Made by a program: the position numbers and the translations under genes
Part shown: positions 32,138 through 46,885 of the stretch, piece by piece
How the letters are laid out: each line of letters starts with the position of its first letter
How positions within the stretch are numbered: position 1 is the stretch's first letter
From: Eledone cirrhosa
Lineage: Eukaryota
Direction: 5' to 3'
NCBI GenBank assembly: GCA_964016885.1
Contig: CAXHJY010001599.1
Location: 1 to 64,000, forward strand
DNA: 64,000 bases
The notes under the pieces: model-generated
Told to the model about the DNA's origin: nothing
Seen by the model: the letters and a program-made list of their open reading frames with translations, nothing else
The model's database searches: none

Positions 32138-32200
32138 ATTACATTTTATTATACATATTTCGGATGTACAACGGTACGTCCTCATCAGACAAAATATAAT
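32138..32200 (-). ncRNA. Type-I hammerhead ribozyme (family C)
   Basis: Minus strand: ATTATATTTTGT-CTGATGA-GGAcGTAC cgtt GTACaTCC-GAAA-TATGTA-TA-ATAAAATGTAAT. Stem I is 12 bp including G-U pairs. Confidence 0.85.
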
Positions 32201-32418
32201 GATACATGACATACCCTGAGATGTTAAATGGTTAAGATTTAATCAAGGTAGTGATTACCCGATAGAAATTTTTACTTATATAATATCTGTGTGAGAGTGC
32301 GAACACGTAATGAATTCATTAGAGAATGTGTGAGTAAGAAAAAACGTTGCATACTTAGTGTTCTACTGTAAAACTCATTCTTTGACATAATCATCGAATA
32401 TTGTTTAACAACTTAATA

Positions 32419-32497
<79 letters not shown>

Positions 32498-32639
32498 TAA
32501 TATTCTATCATACTATTTCATTATAATACCATTATATATTTTAAAGGATTGTAAATAAAACGAGTAAATCAGACAAAGTTGGAATTCCTCTTATTAATAT
32601 AATCTTCTATACACAATCATACACACACGTGTATATTTA

Positions 32640-32690
<51 letters not shown>

Positions 32691-32827
32691 CCAAAGATTA
32701 ATATGGTTCATTGATTACTCAATGAATATAGTTTTACAATAGATTAAAAGCACTCTACAACGAAGTTTTCTGGAATTATTAATATTGTATTAATAAATAA
32801 AGACATTCACATAATCAAAATATATAT

Positions 32828-33055
32828 AATATAAGATTTGATGTGTGACATACCGCTACGGTTTTGATTATTCAATTCCAGTATTGGCAGTACAGGTATT
32901 GAATAATCAAAACCGTAGCAGTATGTCATACATCAAATCTTATATTTTGTCTGATGAAAACGTACTTAGACACCATTGTACCTTCGAAATTTGTATAATA
33001 AAATATATATTTTGATTATGAGAATATTTTTCATTTATTAACATTTTGAATAATA
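32828..33055 (+). mobile_element. Fold-back element with family C hammerhead (32941-33007)
   Basis: Arms 32828-32876 / 32898-32946, then TATATTTTGT-CTGATGA-..GTAC..GTAC..-GAAA-TTTGTA-TA-ATAAAATATA. Confidence 0.7.
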
Positions 33056-33161
33056 TATATATATGTATATATATATGTATATATATATATATGTAGATAT
33101 ATAAACATATACATATATATATATATATACACATATATAAACATATATATATACATATATA

Positions 33162-33227
<66 letters not shown>

Positions 33228-33451
33228 TAAACATATATATATACATATATAAACATATATATATACATATATAAACATATATATATACATATATAAACAT
33301 ATATATACATATATAAACATATATATATAAACATATATACACATATATATATAAACATATAAACATATATATATAAACATATATATATACATATATAAAT
33401 ATATATATATATACATATATAAACATATATATATACATATATAAACATACT

Positions 33452-33499
<48 letters not shown>

Positions 33500-33640
33500 C
33501 ATATATACATATATATACATATATATATACTTATATATATACATATATATACATATATATATACATATATATATACATATATATATATATATACATATAT
33601 ATACATATATATATATACATATATATACACATATATTTAC

Positions 33641-33715
<75 letters not shown>

Positions 33716-33719
33716 CATA

Positions 33720-33760
<41 letters not shown>

Positions 33761-33793
33761 ACATATACATATATATATATACATATATATATA

Positions 33794-33851
<58 letters not shown>

Positions 33852-33949
33852 TACATATATATATATGCATACATATATATATATATGCATAAGTATATAT
33901 ATATATGTATATATATATGTATATATATATATATGCATATATATATATA

Positions 33950-33993
<44 letters not shown>

Positions 33994-34010
33994 CATATAT
34001 ATATATGCAC

Positions 34011-34041
<31 letters not shown>

Positions 34042-34065
34042 CATATATATATATATATAAAGTAT

Positions 34066-34143
<78 letters not shown>

Positions 34144-34258
34144 ATACTTTGAGAGGGTCATGTTGTCAATAATATATATATATGTGTAAAAGCTAAACAG
34201 AAATAACAACACAATCAGTACAGTATATGCTTAACGCTTGATATAGCAGAAAGAGTGT

Positions 34259-34292
34259 CTTAACGTTTCGGACGCTAGTCATTCATCAGAAG
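34259..34292 (-). ncRNA. Minimal hammerhead motif
   Basis: Minus strand: CTT-CTGATGA-at GAC tagc GTC c-GAAA-CG-TT-AAG. Palindromic AACGTT stem III; imperfect stem II base. Confidence 0.6.
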
Positions 34293-34417
34293 TAAGAATG
34301 AGAAATAAGGTAGATTGAGGGGGCGGGCGGGTCGGAATTGGAAATAATGTATTTAGATAAAAATAGCATGTCCATTCATGTTGACATCTCTTGCAAAACT
34401 GAGATACACACGCACAC

Positions 34418-34448
<31 letters not shown>

Positions 34449-34475
34449 CGTATATATATATATATATATATATAT

Positions 34476-34598
34476 ATAGGTAAAAGTTTAACCCCGACGG
34501 CAGAGCTCAAGCCGTTTCGACGGCTATTTCTGGACTGAGTATTGAGTACTATAGTGCGTTATGGTCCATCTGGTTCCTTACCACACCTCCTTCGTTAT
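34476..34598 (+). mobile_element. Family B fold-back element copy
   Basis: Inverted arm joined to the truncated long arm gagtattgagtact..ttcgtta. Confidence 0.7.
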
Positions 34599-34877
34599 AT
34601 ATATATTATTGATGGTATTGTTTTAATTATACGCTATTTTCTTATTGATGTTATTGTTTTGTTTTACGCTACTCCTTTATATAGGTATTGCCTCCAGTGA
34701 ATTATTTTCATATCTACGTGCTCTGATGTGTTGACCATTGGTAAACAATGTATTGGAGATCGATTGATGCAACCTCAAGCGATTAGCGAACTGTAGACAC
34801 AGCTGATCAACGAACCAATTATCGGTACTTTAAATAAAGCCCTTATTGTACAGCCAACCATGTTACTCTTCTTTCTT

Positions 34878-34966
<89 letters not shown>

Positions 34967-35004
34967 GTTTGTGTGTGTGCGTGTAGAAATATATAAATAT
35001 TTAC

Positions 35005-35131
<127 letters not shown>

Positions 35132-35173
35132 ATAGGGTACGTCAAAATTATTTATAAAACTGTTTATATATTG

Positions 35174-35238
35174 TATTTTGTCTGATGAAGGCATACCATA
35201 TTTTAATTTGGTATCCCTGAAATATGTATGATGAAATA
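35174..35238 (+). ncRNA. Family C hammerhead, probably inactive (position 17 is G); 5'-half relic at about 22915-22941
   Basis: TATTTTGT-CTGATGA-AGGcATACCA..TGGTATcCCT-GAAA-TATGTA-TG-ATGAAATA. Confidence 0.7.
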
Positions 35239-35278
35239 AATATGGTTTTATAAATATAGTTTCCATTTATTTAATATC

Positions 35279-35330
<52 letters not shown>

Positions 35331-35733
35331 AAATAATAAAATATGTTTTATTTATTATGATGGTGATAATGATTCGGCTGACTTCTGAATTTGGCAGAAG
35401 TGGGGAAAGTAGGGTTCAATTATGAGATTAGAATTGATTTCTGGGACGAGAAGAATTACGAAGTTCACACAGGAAGGTTTGTAATTCGAATCTCAAGGGA
35501 TGAAACTAAATATTATATAATAAAATAGTAAGTGTTGTTGTTATTTATATAACCACGCAGCAAAGGGAAAAACGCGTTCTAGAATTAAAATCAAATATAA
35601 AAGGACACAGGCAACATTTCGATCATTACATATTCAATAATCAAGATATTGACTATATATAAATATGAAGTTCACACACTCATACACCTAAATATACACA
35701 ACGTAGTTACTCGAGCGCTTTATACAATACTTG

Positions 35734-35806
<73 letters not shown>

Positions 35807-35881
35807 TGTGTGTCTATGTGTGTGTGTATATATATATATATTATTATTATTATTATTTTTATCCACACACACACACACATT

Positions 35882-35978
<97 letters not shown>

Positions 35979-36044
35979 ATTTATTTTATTAAGGCTAAAT
36001 AGTGAGTCTTGTTGCTCTGGAATTTAACCTGCTTCTCACAGGGT

Positions 36045-36142
<98 letters not shown>

Positions 36143-36523
36143 GATAAGCAAGGTTTATATATGTATATATGTATATATATATAATCATGTTGTTCAGACT
36201 TTACTTGTTCTTGAATGAGGAAAACATCATTCAATACACGTTATTGAGTATATGGCTAATTTAAAATACGTTCCTCTCTCACGACCACAGCTTCACGCCA
36301 CAATACTCGTCAGGCGCGATTTCGCATGACGAAAGCTAAGGCCTGAAACTCGACAGGCGAGAGAAAACTTTAGTTTGATTTATTTTTAAATATATATTAA
36401 TTCAGTATATATTAAGAGTTTTAATTTGGGGAGAGTTTATAGTTATTGTCATGGCAACTCCTACAAAGATTTGATCGATTCGTCACATGTGCGTGAATGT
36501 GTATGTATGTATATATACATGTG

Positions 36524-36557
<34 letters not shown>

Positions 36558-36568
36558 AATATGTATGT

Positions 36569-36670
<102 letters not shown>

Positions 36671-36914
36671 TATGTAAATATATTTAAATTAAATCTGCCA
36701 GCCAATCAACAACTCTCTTCCCCGCTTACTCTTTGAGGGGCTACACACGGACCCTCTCTTGATAATGGGCTTTTATACCCGAACATTTTCGAGATAATTA
36801 AATTTACTAAGGTAAAATTCTATCGTGCTCATTCTTTCCTCTATAACACCTATTACCTTGACAACTTTATTCTTGTACGCATTGTAGGGCTTATAAACCT
36901 ATTTAAATCTGTGT

Positions 36915-36960
<46 letters not shown>

Positions 36961-36964
<4 letters not shown>

Positions 36965-37170
36965 CGAAGGAAATGTGGTAAGGAACCAGGTGGACCATAA
37001 CGCACCAAAGTACTCAATACTTAGGGTAGTAGAGTGGGTAATAGGAACAAGTAAGACCCCGACCGCTGAGCTCAAGCCGTTTCGACGGCTAATTCTGGAC
37101 GGCTAATCCAGTCCAGAATTAGCCGTCGAAACGGCTTGAGCTCAGCCGTCGGTGTCTTACTTGTTCCTAT
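36961..37170 (-). mobile_element. Family B fold-back element copy
   Basis: 60-bp arms 37041-37100 / 37111-37170 plus an 80-bp extension; (TA)n on both sides. Confidence 0.8.
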
Positions 37171-37529
37171 ATATATATATATATATATATAAACATATAT
37201 ATATAGTTTAAAATGAACGAACAAAACACAGGAGGCAATTATACACAGTTATATTAGGTTTACGCTTGGTGGAAGTGGATATATATATCTTTGTTTACAC
37301 AAACATAAGGACAAAGTACTCAATACATAAAATGAGGTTAACTCTAAGAGCAATGGAAGAACCAAGGTCTTTACAACTGTTTATTCTGAGTTTTGCATTG
37401 TTGCCTATTGAAAACAACATTTCTTCTTTAAGAGAAACTGAACGTTGCTTTTGATTTGCGGCAATGCGAAACTCGGAATAAACAATTGTGAAAAACCATA
37501 GTTCCCCACAGTTTTTATTACTATGTATG

Positions 37530-37583
<54 letters not shown>

Positions 37584-37671
37584 GGAAAAATTTGAACAGG
37601 GACAAAACAGAGAGGCAGTACAATAAATGTTTATTAATTTCACGCTCAGGAGAGTGGGGGGTAGGTGGGGG

Positions 37672-37699
37672 ACGACGTTTCGGGCATAAGCCCTTCCTC

Positions 37700-37703
<4 letters not shown>
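37672..37703 (-). ncRNA. Minimal hammerhead ribozyme at the head of a short element (about 37580-37703)
   Basis: Minus strand: AC-CTGAGGA-a-GGGC ttat GCCC-GAAA-CG-TC-GT. Confidence 0.75.
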
Positions 37704-37765
<62 letters not shown>

Positions 37766-37842
37766 CTATTTCAAACGTTAAACTGATATAATTCTCCCCT
37801 ATACAGTCCCGTTTTTTTTTTTTTTGTTAATTTTGTTATTAC

Positions 37843-37914
<72 letters not shown>

Positions 37915-38316
37915 GTATGTATATATGTGTATTGATATATGTATATGTGTATGTATGTATGTATGTATGTATGTATGTATGTATGTATGTATATGTATGT
38001 ATGTTTGTATGTATGTATATGTATATATGTATGAATGTATCTGTATGAACGTATGTATATGTATGCATGTAGGTATATCTATGCATGTATGTATATAAGC
38101 GTGTATGTGTGTGTATATACGTATGTAAATATATATGTTTACATAATTATTTTCATATAGATAAATATCATAATAATACCAATCTCCGTGTTAAGAATGC
38201 GAAGAAGAAAAATGTGTGAATCTTTCATTACTTAAGTTACACTTGCTACTAACACCACACCTGTGGAATTATAGTTACCTGTAGTCAGTCATATAACGCA
38301 TTCTGTCTGAATGTGA

Positions 38317-38351
<35 letters not shown>

Positions 38352-39548
38352 ATCTATATTTTGTAAGTGTGTGTGTGTGTGTCAGTGTGTATGTGTATGC
38401 TTGTGTATATAAGCGTGTGTGCGTGTGGATTCTTGGAGAAAGTACCTGTGTACGGGAGAAATTTACAGGTGAAGGGTGATTTATATCCGTATAGGAAATA
38501 CATTAAAAGAGATAGAGAGAAAGAGATGGGGGGGGGGGGTAGAACGATGCTGAAAAGGGAGAGAAAGAGTGATGAGAAAGCGACTTACCTAGCATCGCCA
38601 ATTGAAGAGCGTAACAGTTATGATGTTGAATGGATTGTCTCATAGAAGGATGTGTCAATTCGGAGTATCGACGTTTTTCCGACATATTCGCACAGTATTC
38701 GTGTTAAATGGAAATAACAATAATGATTGTGGTGATAGTGTTGTTGTTGTTGTTGTTGTTGTTGTTATTTGTTTGTGGTGGATGTGGTGGTTGTGGTGTT
38801 GTTTAGGGTTAAAACTAGTAGTCCTTACACTGCTGGCTCGACTACTCCGGTTTTTTTTATTTTTTGCTTTAGTTGTTTTGTACTTTTTTCTTCTTTTCTT
38901 TTTTTTTCTTTTGGTTTTGCTTCTAGTGCGTGCGTGCGTGCGTGTGTGAGTGTGTATGCGTCTGTCTGTATGTATATGTGTGTATGCGTGTGTGTGTATG
39001 TATGTATGTGCTATTTTTCTCACTTAACGGTTTCCGTTAGCACTCGTCCGTATATCTTCTTTTGTCTTGCTGTTCTTAGCACAATCTTAGGGTACTCACG
39101 TTCGGCGCATGTACAGAGACATAGGTAGCAAGTGGCAGACATGTATGTATGTTTGACTGTGTGCCTGTGTGAGAGGAGTAGCTTGTACGTACGCTCGCCC
39201 AGAGATTAATCGAGGGACAGATAGAAGAAAAAAAAAAGTCCAATATGTAAATGTGTAGAAAAAAGAAAACCTTTTTCAAGATAATCAACAACCTTAGATA
39301 TCCACCGACGTAAATCCTTTCTAAATGATATTTAAAAATAACGCGCGTTTATCAATGTATATATGGATGTATAAGTATGCGCTTGTGTGCGAACCTTCCT
39401 TGTGTTTGTTTTGAACGTCTACTTCGATATATAGAAATAAATACCTGTAAATATATTTCTACACATACCTATATATTAATACACGTACCGAATACAGCTA
39501 TACTTGTGTGTATATATATATATACGTTTATGCTTTCTTTCATTTATA

Positions 39549-39659
<111 letters not shown>

Positions 39660-40635
39660 ATTATATATATGTATATATATATATGTATGTATTTATATAT
39701 ATATATATGTATTTATATATATGTATATATATGTATTTATTTATATATATGTATATATATATATATATGTGTGTGTGTGTTTGTGTGTATGTTTGTTTAT
39801 TTGTTTGTGTGCGAATGCGTGTGAGTATACGTGAAGGGCGGCTGTTTATATGTGCGTGTCTATACACGTGCGCGCGTGCGTGTACTATCTCTGTTTATAA
39901 GATGCGGGCGATAGTGCGTTTCGTTTGTTTTTGTGCGCTTACTCGTTAGAATCGCAAGAGCTTTCCTCCGTAATCATTCGGTATGTAGCAGTAAATCTGA
40001 CTGTATCCAGCAAAAATAACACCGAAATAACTTTTTCGCGACTTTGTTCTTTACTCTGATTTTTCTCTGCCTTTCTTCTGGTTTCTTATAATTTCCATAC
40101 GTTCTTCATCCGCTCCTCGCGTCTTCTCGTCTATATACTCTCTTCATCCTCAGCCTGTGCCTCTTACTCCGCGTATCTTTCTGTCTTTTAGATTTATTCG
40201 TATTCAAATTCTTTCCTTTCTTCCTTCCTTTTGTCCTTTCGTTCAACAGTTCTCCCCGTTTCTATTATCTATTTCATTCATTCTTTCTTCATTTTATTTT
40301 TTTCTGTCTTGCATTTCATTTTTTATTTTCTTCCTTTCATTTTCTATTTATTTTCTGTTCAACCTTTATCGTTGTCAACTGTCGTAACGCTTGTTGCATT
40401 TAAACCTTCCTATGATTCATCTGATTTCTTCTTCATCTTTTCCGTATTCACTCAATCACAATCAAAACAGACCGTCATCTCAACACGTTTTCCGTCTGTT
40501 TATCAATTTCCAACCCAGCATTTAACAAAATAATTTGACGCCTTTACTTTTTCCCGCGCTACTCCTTCCTTTACACAATAATTCTTTCTACTTTTGGCAC
40601 AAGGCCAGCAATTACTGTGCTTTATTCTATCGACA

Positions 40636-40679
<44 letters not shown>

Positions 40680-41274
40680 CAGCATATCAAAATAATCAAA
40701 ATATCAAACGATAATCACATTTTCTGTGTTATTTTTAAATCAACAACTGTGTTTACCTTTATTTCCACAGTTCTTGTTGGCTCACTTCTTCCAAACTGTG
40801 TTAACTTTACACATACGCATTGTAATTAAACGCATTTATTTTCTGTTTCTTTATTAAGTGTATACGAAAGAGGGGGGGGGGCAGTAATGAGCAGGTCTGT
40901 GACCTTTGAGATTTTCACTAAGTACATTTACCAATGTGAGACTTCATATCTGTTTTCAGAAAATATCGTCATGAACTACTTAATACTCATTATGCCCATC
41001 ATCAACCATTGTCATTATCATCATCATAAATATAATGATTTCTTATATAGGCACAAGGCCAGCAATTTTTTTTGGGGGGGAGGGGAAAGTCGATTAAATC
41101 GACCGCAGTGCGTGATTGGTACTTTATTTTATCGACCCCGCAAGGATGAAAGGCAAAGTTAACCTCGACGGGATTTGAACTCAGACCAGAAAGGGCCGTA
41201 ACTCAATACTGCAAAGCATGGTGTCTGACTCTCTACTGATACTGCCAAACCACCGCCCTTAATAGTAATAAAAA

Positions 41275-41495
41275 TGGTTTCATTTATTGGCCACAAGGGC
41301 CGACATATAGGGGACAATACAATAGACGAGGACAGTAAGAGTTTACATATAAAACGTGTTAAAAAATATAAATAACTATAACAAAAGAACAAGAAAAATA
41401 CAACAATGAGAATTCCTCAATAGGGGGGGGGGGGATAACCACCCAGGGTTGGCTCCAAAATATCCTTGGTTCCAAACATAGAAAAGGCTACGTGC
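41275..41495 (-). mobile_element. 3' end of a LINE-like element; shorter ends at about 28775, 29005-29140 and 55172-55200
   Basis: Shared terminus tcggcccttgtggccaataaatgaaa followed by (ATT)n. Confidence 0.55.
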
Positions 41496-41505
41496 ATATA
41501 TATAT

Positions 41506-41684
41506 CCTCTGAGACTGAAGACTTTTACTGAGAAATGATTGGGTGAAGCTAAATACTTTGTTCAGAAGATCGGATAATTCGACTTTTGTAGGGTCCTCGA
41601 AAATCCCTGTAAGAGTTCTTTGTTCCTCTCCTTGTTCTGTGGTTTTTCGACAGAGATCTTTTGTAGCTACTTTTGTTTATCTCA
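41506..41684 (+). repeat. Dispersed repeat, second copy at 44669-44847; both start directly after (TA)n
   Basis: cctctgagactgaagacttt..ttttgtttatctca in both copies. Confidence 0.8.
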
Positions 41685-44059
41685 TACAAATAATAATAAT
41701 GGTTTTTGATTTAGGCACAAGGCCAACAATTTTGGTGAAGAGGAATGTCGATTAAATCTACCTCAGTGCGTTACTGGTATTTTATTTTATCGAACCCCGT
41801 AAGGATGAACGGCAAAGCTAATTTCGGCGAGATATGAATTCAGAACGTAAGGGACCATAACTCTATGCCGCTAAGCATGTCCGACGCTCTACTGATTCTG
41901 CCAAACAATAATAATTGTTTCTACTTTTGGCACAAGGCCAGCAATTACCCAGTACATTACTGGTACTTTATTTTATCGACCCCGTAAGGATGAAGGGCAA
42001 AGTTAACCTTGGCGCGATTTGAACTCAGAATGGCAAGGGGCGTAACTTTATGCGTCAAAGCATGGCGTCCGACCCTCTACCGATACTGCCAATCCACCGC
42101 CCCAATCTCGGCGAGATATGAATTCAGAACGTAAAGGACCGTAACTCTATGCCGCTAAGCATGTCCGACGCTCTACTGATTCTTCCAAACAATAATAATG
42201 GTTTCTATTTTAGGCACAAGGTCAGCAATTTATCGACCCTGGAAGGATGAAAAGAAAAGTTGACCTCAGTCGGATTTGAACTCAGAATGTAAAAAGCCGT
42301 AACTAAATGCCGTAAAGCATTTAGTCCGACATTCTAAGGATTTTGCCAATTCAATTTACCGCCCTCAAATGGGTTCTAATCTAAGCACAATACCAGCAAT
42401 TCTGTCTAATGGAAAAGCCGAATATATCGATCCACGTTTTTGATTGGTATTTCGTTTTATCGTCGTCGTCGTCGTCCACTCCTCCCCGGAAGGACAAAAA
42501 ACAATGTTAACCTTAGCGATATTTGAATTCTGAACGTAAAGAACTGGACCAAGTATGGCAAGGCCGATGCCCCAACGATTTTGCCGCTTAATTGGCCTTA
42601 CTCATGATAACTATAATTATTTTTTCGTTGGCCACAGACGCCTATGACGTTGCTAACAGTACAAAGGCAAAATATAAATGAAAAAACAAGAAACATTTGT
42701 GCATTCATTTATGTTGAGTAAAATTACTTTGATCAACTATAACAATGTATGTATGATTGTGTAGACCTAACACCCGATGTAATAGAAGCGCCGTCGTGAT
42801 TATTGGACACTTTAAACCCGTCGGAGACCATCCCCAGACTAGTCAACTTTCCTCGTCCGATGGGATGGGTGGGAGCTGCCTTCTCTTGTGAAAATGGGTA
42901 TAGCTTTATTATGTAAATTCTCCCCATTTTGCCTAATTTTTTTTTTTTTTTCATGGTATTCCCCGTTTTTGGTTTTTAGAGGTTGGCAGGTCTGCATCCT
43001 TTCTCCAGATCTGAACACAACAAATTTCTTCCAGAAAAAGAGAGAGAAATCTGAAGTGAGAAAGTGATATAGAAAATAATTCGACTCAAGTACTTCACTG
43101 GTAGTATTTTTTTTTTTTTTTTTTGTCGACCTCGAATTGACTTCTGCAGGATTTGAACTCAGAAAGTGCAAAGATTTGCAACGAATACCACAAAAGCATT
43201 CTACCCGACATTCTAATGACTGCCAATTGGCCTCCATACAACGTTAACAATAAATGCACATTAACAAATGGGTCATAATAAATAATGTCAAGATGAACAA
43301 CAAAATATTGATGTCTAGCATAGAAGGAAGGTCACGGAGTTTAGGTGAGTGCAATATCGATTATATCGACCCTGGTACCTGACTTTTACCTATTTTATCT
43401 TTCTCTTATTCTTTCCTGAAGGGGAGGGGGCTAAAGGGCAAATTTAACACTGTAGCAATTTGAACTCAAATTGTAATTGTATAAGGCAAGATATTTTATT
43501 CAGGGTTTTACTAATATTTCCACTCCGATTTCTTCAACAACAACAGCATACACAACAACAATAATAATAATGATTTATGATTTTGGCACAAGGCCAGCAA
43601 CGTTGGAGGAAAGGAAAGTTGATTAAATCGACCCCTGTGCATTACTGGTACTTTATCGACCTCGTAAGGACGAAAGGTAAAGCTAACTTCTCCGGGATTT
43701 GAACTCAGATCGTAAAGAGCTGTAACTCTATGCTGAAAAGCATGGTCCGGCGCTCTAACGATTCTGCCAATCCACCACCCAAGTCGATTAAATAATAATT
43801 ATAATAATAAAGATGAGGATGATAAAAACTGTTCGCCACAATACCGATAGATGAAGAGACATCACGTCCTTGTGATAAAGAGATATCACAAGAACGTGGT
43901 GGGATTTTACATGGAACGTGAGAAAACAGACTTGGAAAACAGCATTAAAGTAAATGAAATAAAACGTTCAAATAGACTAACAGTTACCTATGGCCAAGCA
44001 GGAAATGTGACAAATGGCCAATAAGAACTGCCTTCCTCCAGCTGTTTTGTGGCCTACGG

Positions 44060-44599
44060 GTTCATGCCATGTAGGTCCTTTCTACAACACTATTCTCACC
44101 GACTGTTCAGTAAACTAATTGGAGTGGCACACACTATCTTCCACACTCATATTCCGCTCCAGGTGGGTCTTGAGGGATGTGATGAAAAATGTATCGAAGA
44201 GAAATTGTCTGTGCCCAGCCTTTTCAATCGACGATATCTCTACATGATCTGATATCATTCTAATTATCCACAAACACATTGGAGTGGGGTGTTCCAAAGA
44301 TTGCTTCTAAATGCCTGACGAAGTAAGTTTTTTCTGGGACATGGAGGATCTGTAATCTTTAATCCTTCGGCTATTGTGCATTTCTCAGTAGAACCATTGA
44401 TTTACTATCTGGATCGGATAACCGAAATGTCTACTCAATCCAGGCCAACCGAATGAGCTGTGAACTTTATAATCAGCCAGAAAGATCACCAGGGGTGAGT
44501 TTTGAAGTCTCTCGTCTTGCTCACCATTACTACATCTATACTGAGTGCCGTAAGATCGTTCACCAAAACATCCTTAGTTCCAAACCTAGCACAGTCTAC

Positions 44600-44600
<1 letters not shown>
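44060..44600 (-). pseudogene. Decayed APE endonuclease of an L1/Tx1-like LINE
   Basis: Hand translation: LVNDLTALSIDVVMVSKTR..YKVHSSFG..YFVRHLEAIFGT..VFVDN*N..GPTW, with stops and frameshifts. Confidence 0.45.
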
Positions 44601-44656
<56 letters not shown>

Positions 44657-45647
44657 ATATATATATATCCTCTGAGACTGAAGACTTTGCCTGAGAAATG
44701 TTTGGGTGAATCTAAATACTTTGTTCAGAAGATCGGATAATTCGACTTTTGTAGGGTCCTCGAAAATCCCTCTAAGAGTTCTCTGTTCATCGCCTTGTTT
44801 TGTGGTTTTTCGACAGAGATTTTTTGTTGCTACTTTTGTTTATCTCAAACAGATTTTCGTTTTGAGGTGTTAAATTGTAACAGTCTCTACTTAAGGATCT
44901 GTTTGTTTTATTTTCACTTGAGCGTTTATCTTTTTCGAATTATATTTATCTTCTATTTTTAAATTGTCTGTTCTAAGATTAAATGATTGCTTTCTTTTAT
45001 GGGGTGTCGTATTTAGTGTTTTCTTTTTTCTTATTACAAATGCTTACTTCTCTTCTAATAGAGGAAGCCACATTAAATAACATTATAGTAAACACAAGTA
45101 AACTCTAGAAAAATATCAAATTGTGTTTAAAAAAAGACCTCTTTATCAAACGTGCCGATATTTTTTTGTATTGCTGTTGGTTCTATTGCTATTGCTGATG
45201 TTGTTGCAGTATAGAAAAAGGCAGCAAAGTGGATTGCACAATCTCCTAATTTGCCAGAGGACAGAAACTACTGAAGTGATTTATGCTGACACAGGTGTGC
45301 AGCTCTTAGGCGTCTTTACTTCTACTAATACACCTGTAAAGAAGATGAAATCAAAGAAATTTTCCCTAATTGTAGGTGTTGGTAACATCTATATCTCCAG
45401 GGTGATTTCTGAAGATGGATATGGAGCCGGCAATTTCCTAAGAGTTTTCTACAACCGCCACCAATGTCATTGTTATCTGGATTTATTACGTCTCAGTCCA
45501 AAAATAGCTCTACTAGATATTATCCACATCCTACGCAAGTCACTTTCAATTTAACAGCACAACTGAAACGGTACAATCTCTGCACACAACAGAGAAAATA
45601 TACAATAACCATCCAATAAAATAACCCACACAACATATACTCTACAC

Positions 45648-46510
45648 CAGAGGTCCTCAAACTATTGCCCCCCCCCCTCCCTCTATTTCCAGAGAGCCCT
45701 GCCTACACACAAACTGTAAATAATATATAATAAATAAAATCGTTCATTTATATATAATAAATAAACCGACACTTTCTGCAGCCGCAACCTGGTGCAGTCT
45801 GCGACTGACCCAGGTTCTGCTGCTCGTCGGGCTGAGGGGGCCAAACTCCTCAAATACCGGTCACTCTCCGACAGGTTTGCGGTCGTACCCCTGGCAGTGG
45901 AGACTTCTGGTGTCCTCGGCGCCAGGGCTACCTCCTTACTCACTACCATAGGCAGCTGAGCTGGCCAGCCGCAGGTGTGAGCCCCGCGAGTTGGAGTGGC
46001 TCTTCCAGCGCGCGTCTCCCTCACCGTCCTCCGGGGAAACGCCTTTTTCATTCTGTCCGCCGAGGCTTGCGTGGGCCCCATCGCGTACCGTTGTAGTTGT
46101 TGTAGAAGAAACAGGAAGACAACAACTGAAAAATTTGATTTTCTAGAACTTGATGTTTGCTTAGTATTTCGATGGTCCAGATATTTTGTAGGGCAGTTTC
46201 TAAGATCATACATACCTTTTTTGTATAGAGATAAAATCAAAATGGAAGTTTTCTGTCTGAATAAATATGATTATTGATTCATATATACTATGTATAGAAA
46301 AATAAATATACAATTTTTATTTAACTATATTTATATGTAGAATGTATCATTTGATACTTAATATACTATTATATCATATATATATATACAATACTATAAT
46401 AATATTATAAATAATAAATTCATAGTGCCCCACCACCTCCTTAAGCCCAAGTGGCCACTGGACCTTCTCAACGTCCCCCAGGGGCGGTAGCGCCCATTTT
46501 GAAAGCTCTG
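45648..46510. mobile_element. hAT-like element containing a CRE retrotransposon C-terminal fragment (45767-46075)
   Basis: TIRs CAGAGGTCCTCAAA / TTTGAAAGCTCTG; TSD ctctacac/ctataccc. The insert translates as DTF..GSAARRAEGAKLLKY..PLAVETSGVLG..EPRELEWLFQR..RGNA. Confidence 0.65.
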
Positions 46511-46664
46511 CTATACCCGATCACAACACAAGACTTCTACATAATTGATATCACCATATTAACATCAATGTAAAATATCCCCACCTGACACTGAAACACA
46601 TAACACTAATTACACAGCATATACAAAAGATATCCACCGCCTAACAAAATATAAGTTCACGTTG

Positions 46665-46885
46665 TACGAGAGTCAGCTGAAACGTTTATAGGCTGACCAT
46701 GAAGGACTGATGCTAGAGCTGTAAAATCAATTCATAAAGAAACATTGCAGTTATTAATAAAAAGAGTTGAAATCAATTTCAACTCTCTTTATTAATAACT
46801 GCATTATTTCTTTCCGGGGATTGTGTAGAAAAATAAACGTGGTATGGTCAATCTATGAGAGTATCTTGGTCAGCCGACCCTTGTA
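46665..46885. mobile_element. mariner-derived MITE related to the 56921 element
   Basis: TA-CGAGAGTCAGCTGA..TCAGCCGACCCTTG-TA. Shares atgaagga.tgatgctag and aatttcaactc..ttattaataact with 56939-57005. Internal palindrome at about 46746-46805. Confidence 0.7.

Noticed and set aside
36290-36345. CTGACGA and GAAA words on opposite sides of a hairpin
   Set aside because: Order and spacing fit no hammerhead topology.
41506-41570. Possible hammerhead (CTGAAGA..stem..TAAA) in the 41506/44669 repeat
   Set aside because: GAAA reads TAAA in both copies and stems I and III are weak; at most a relic.
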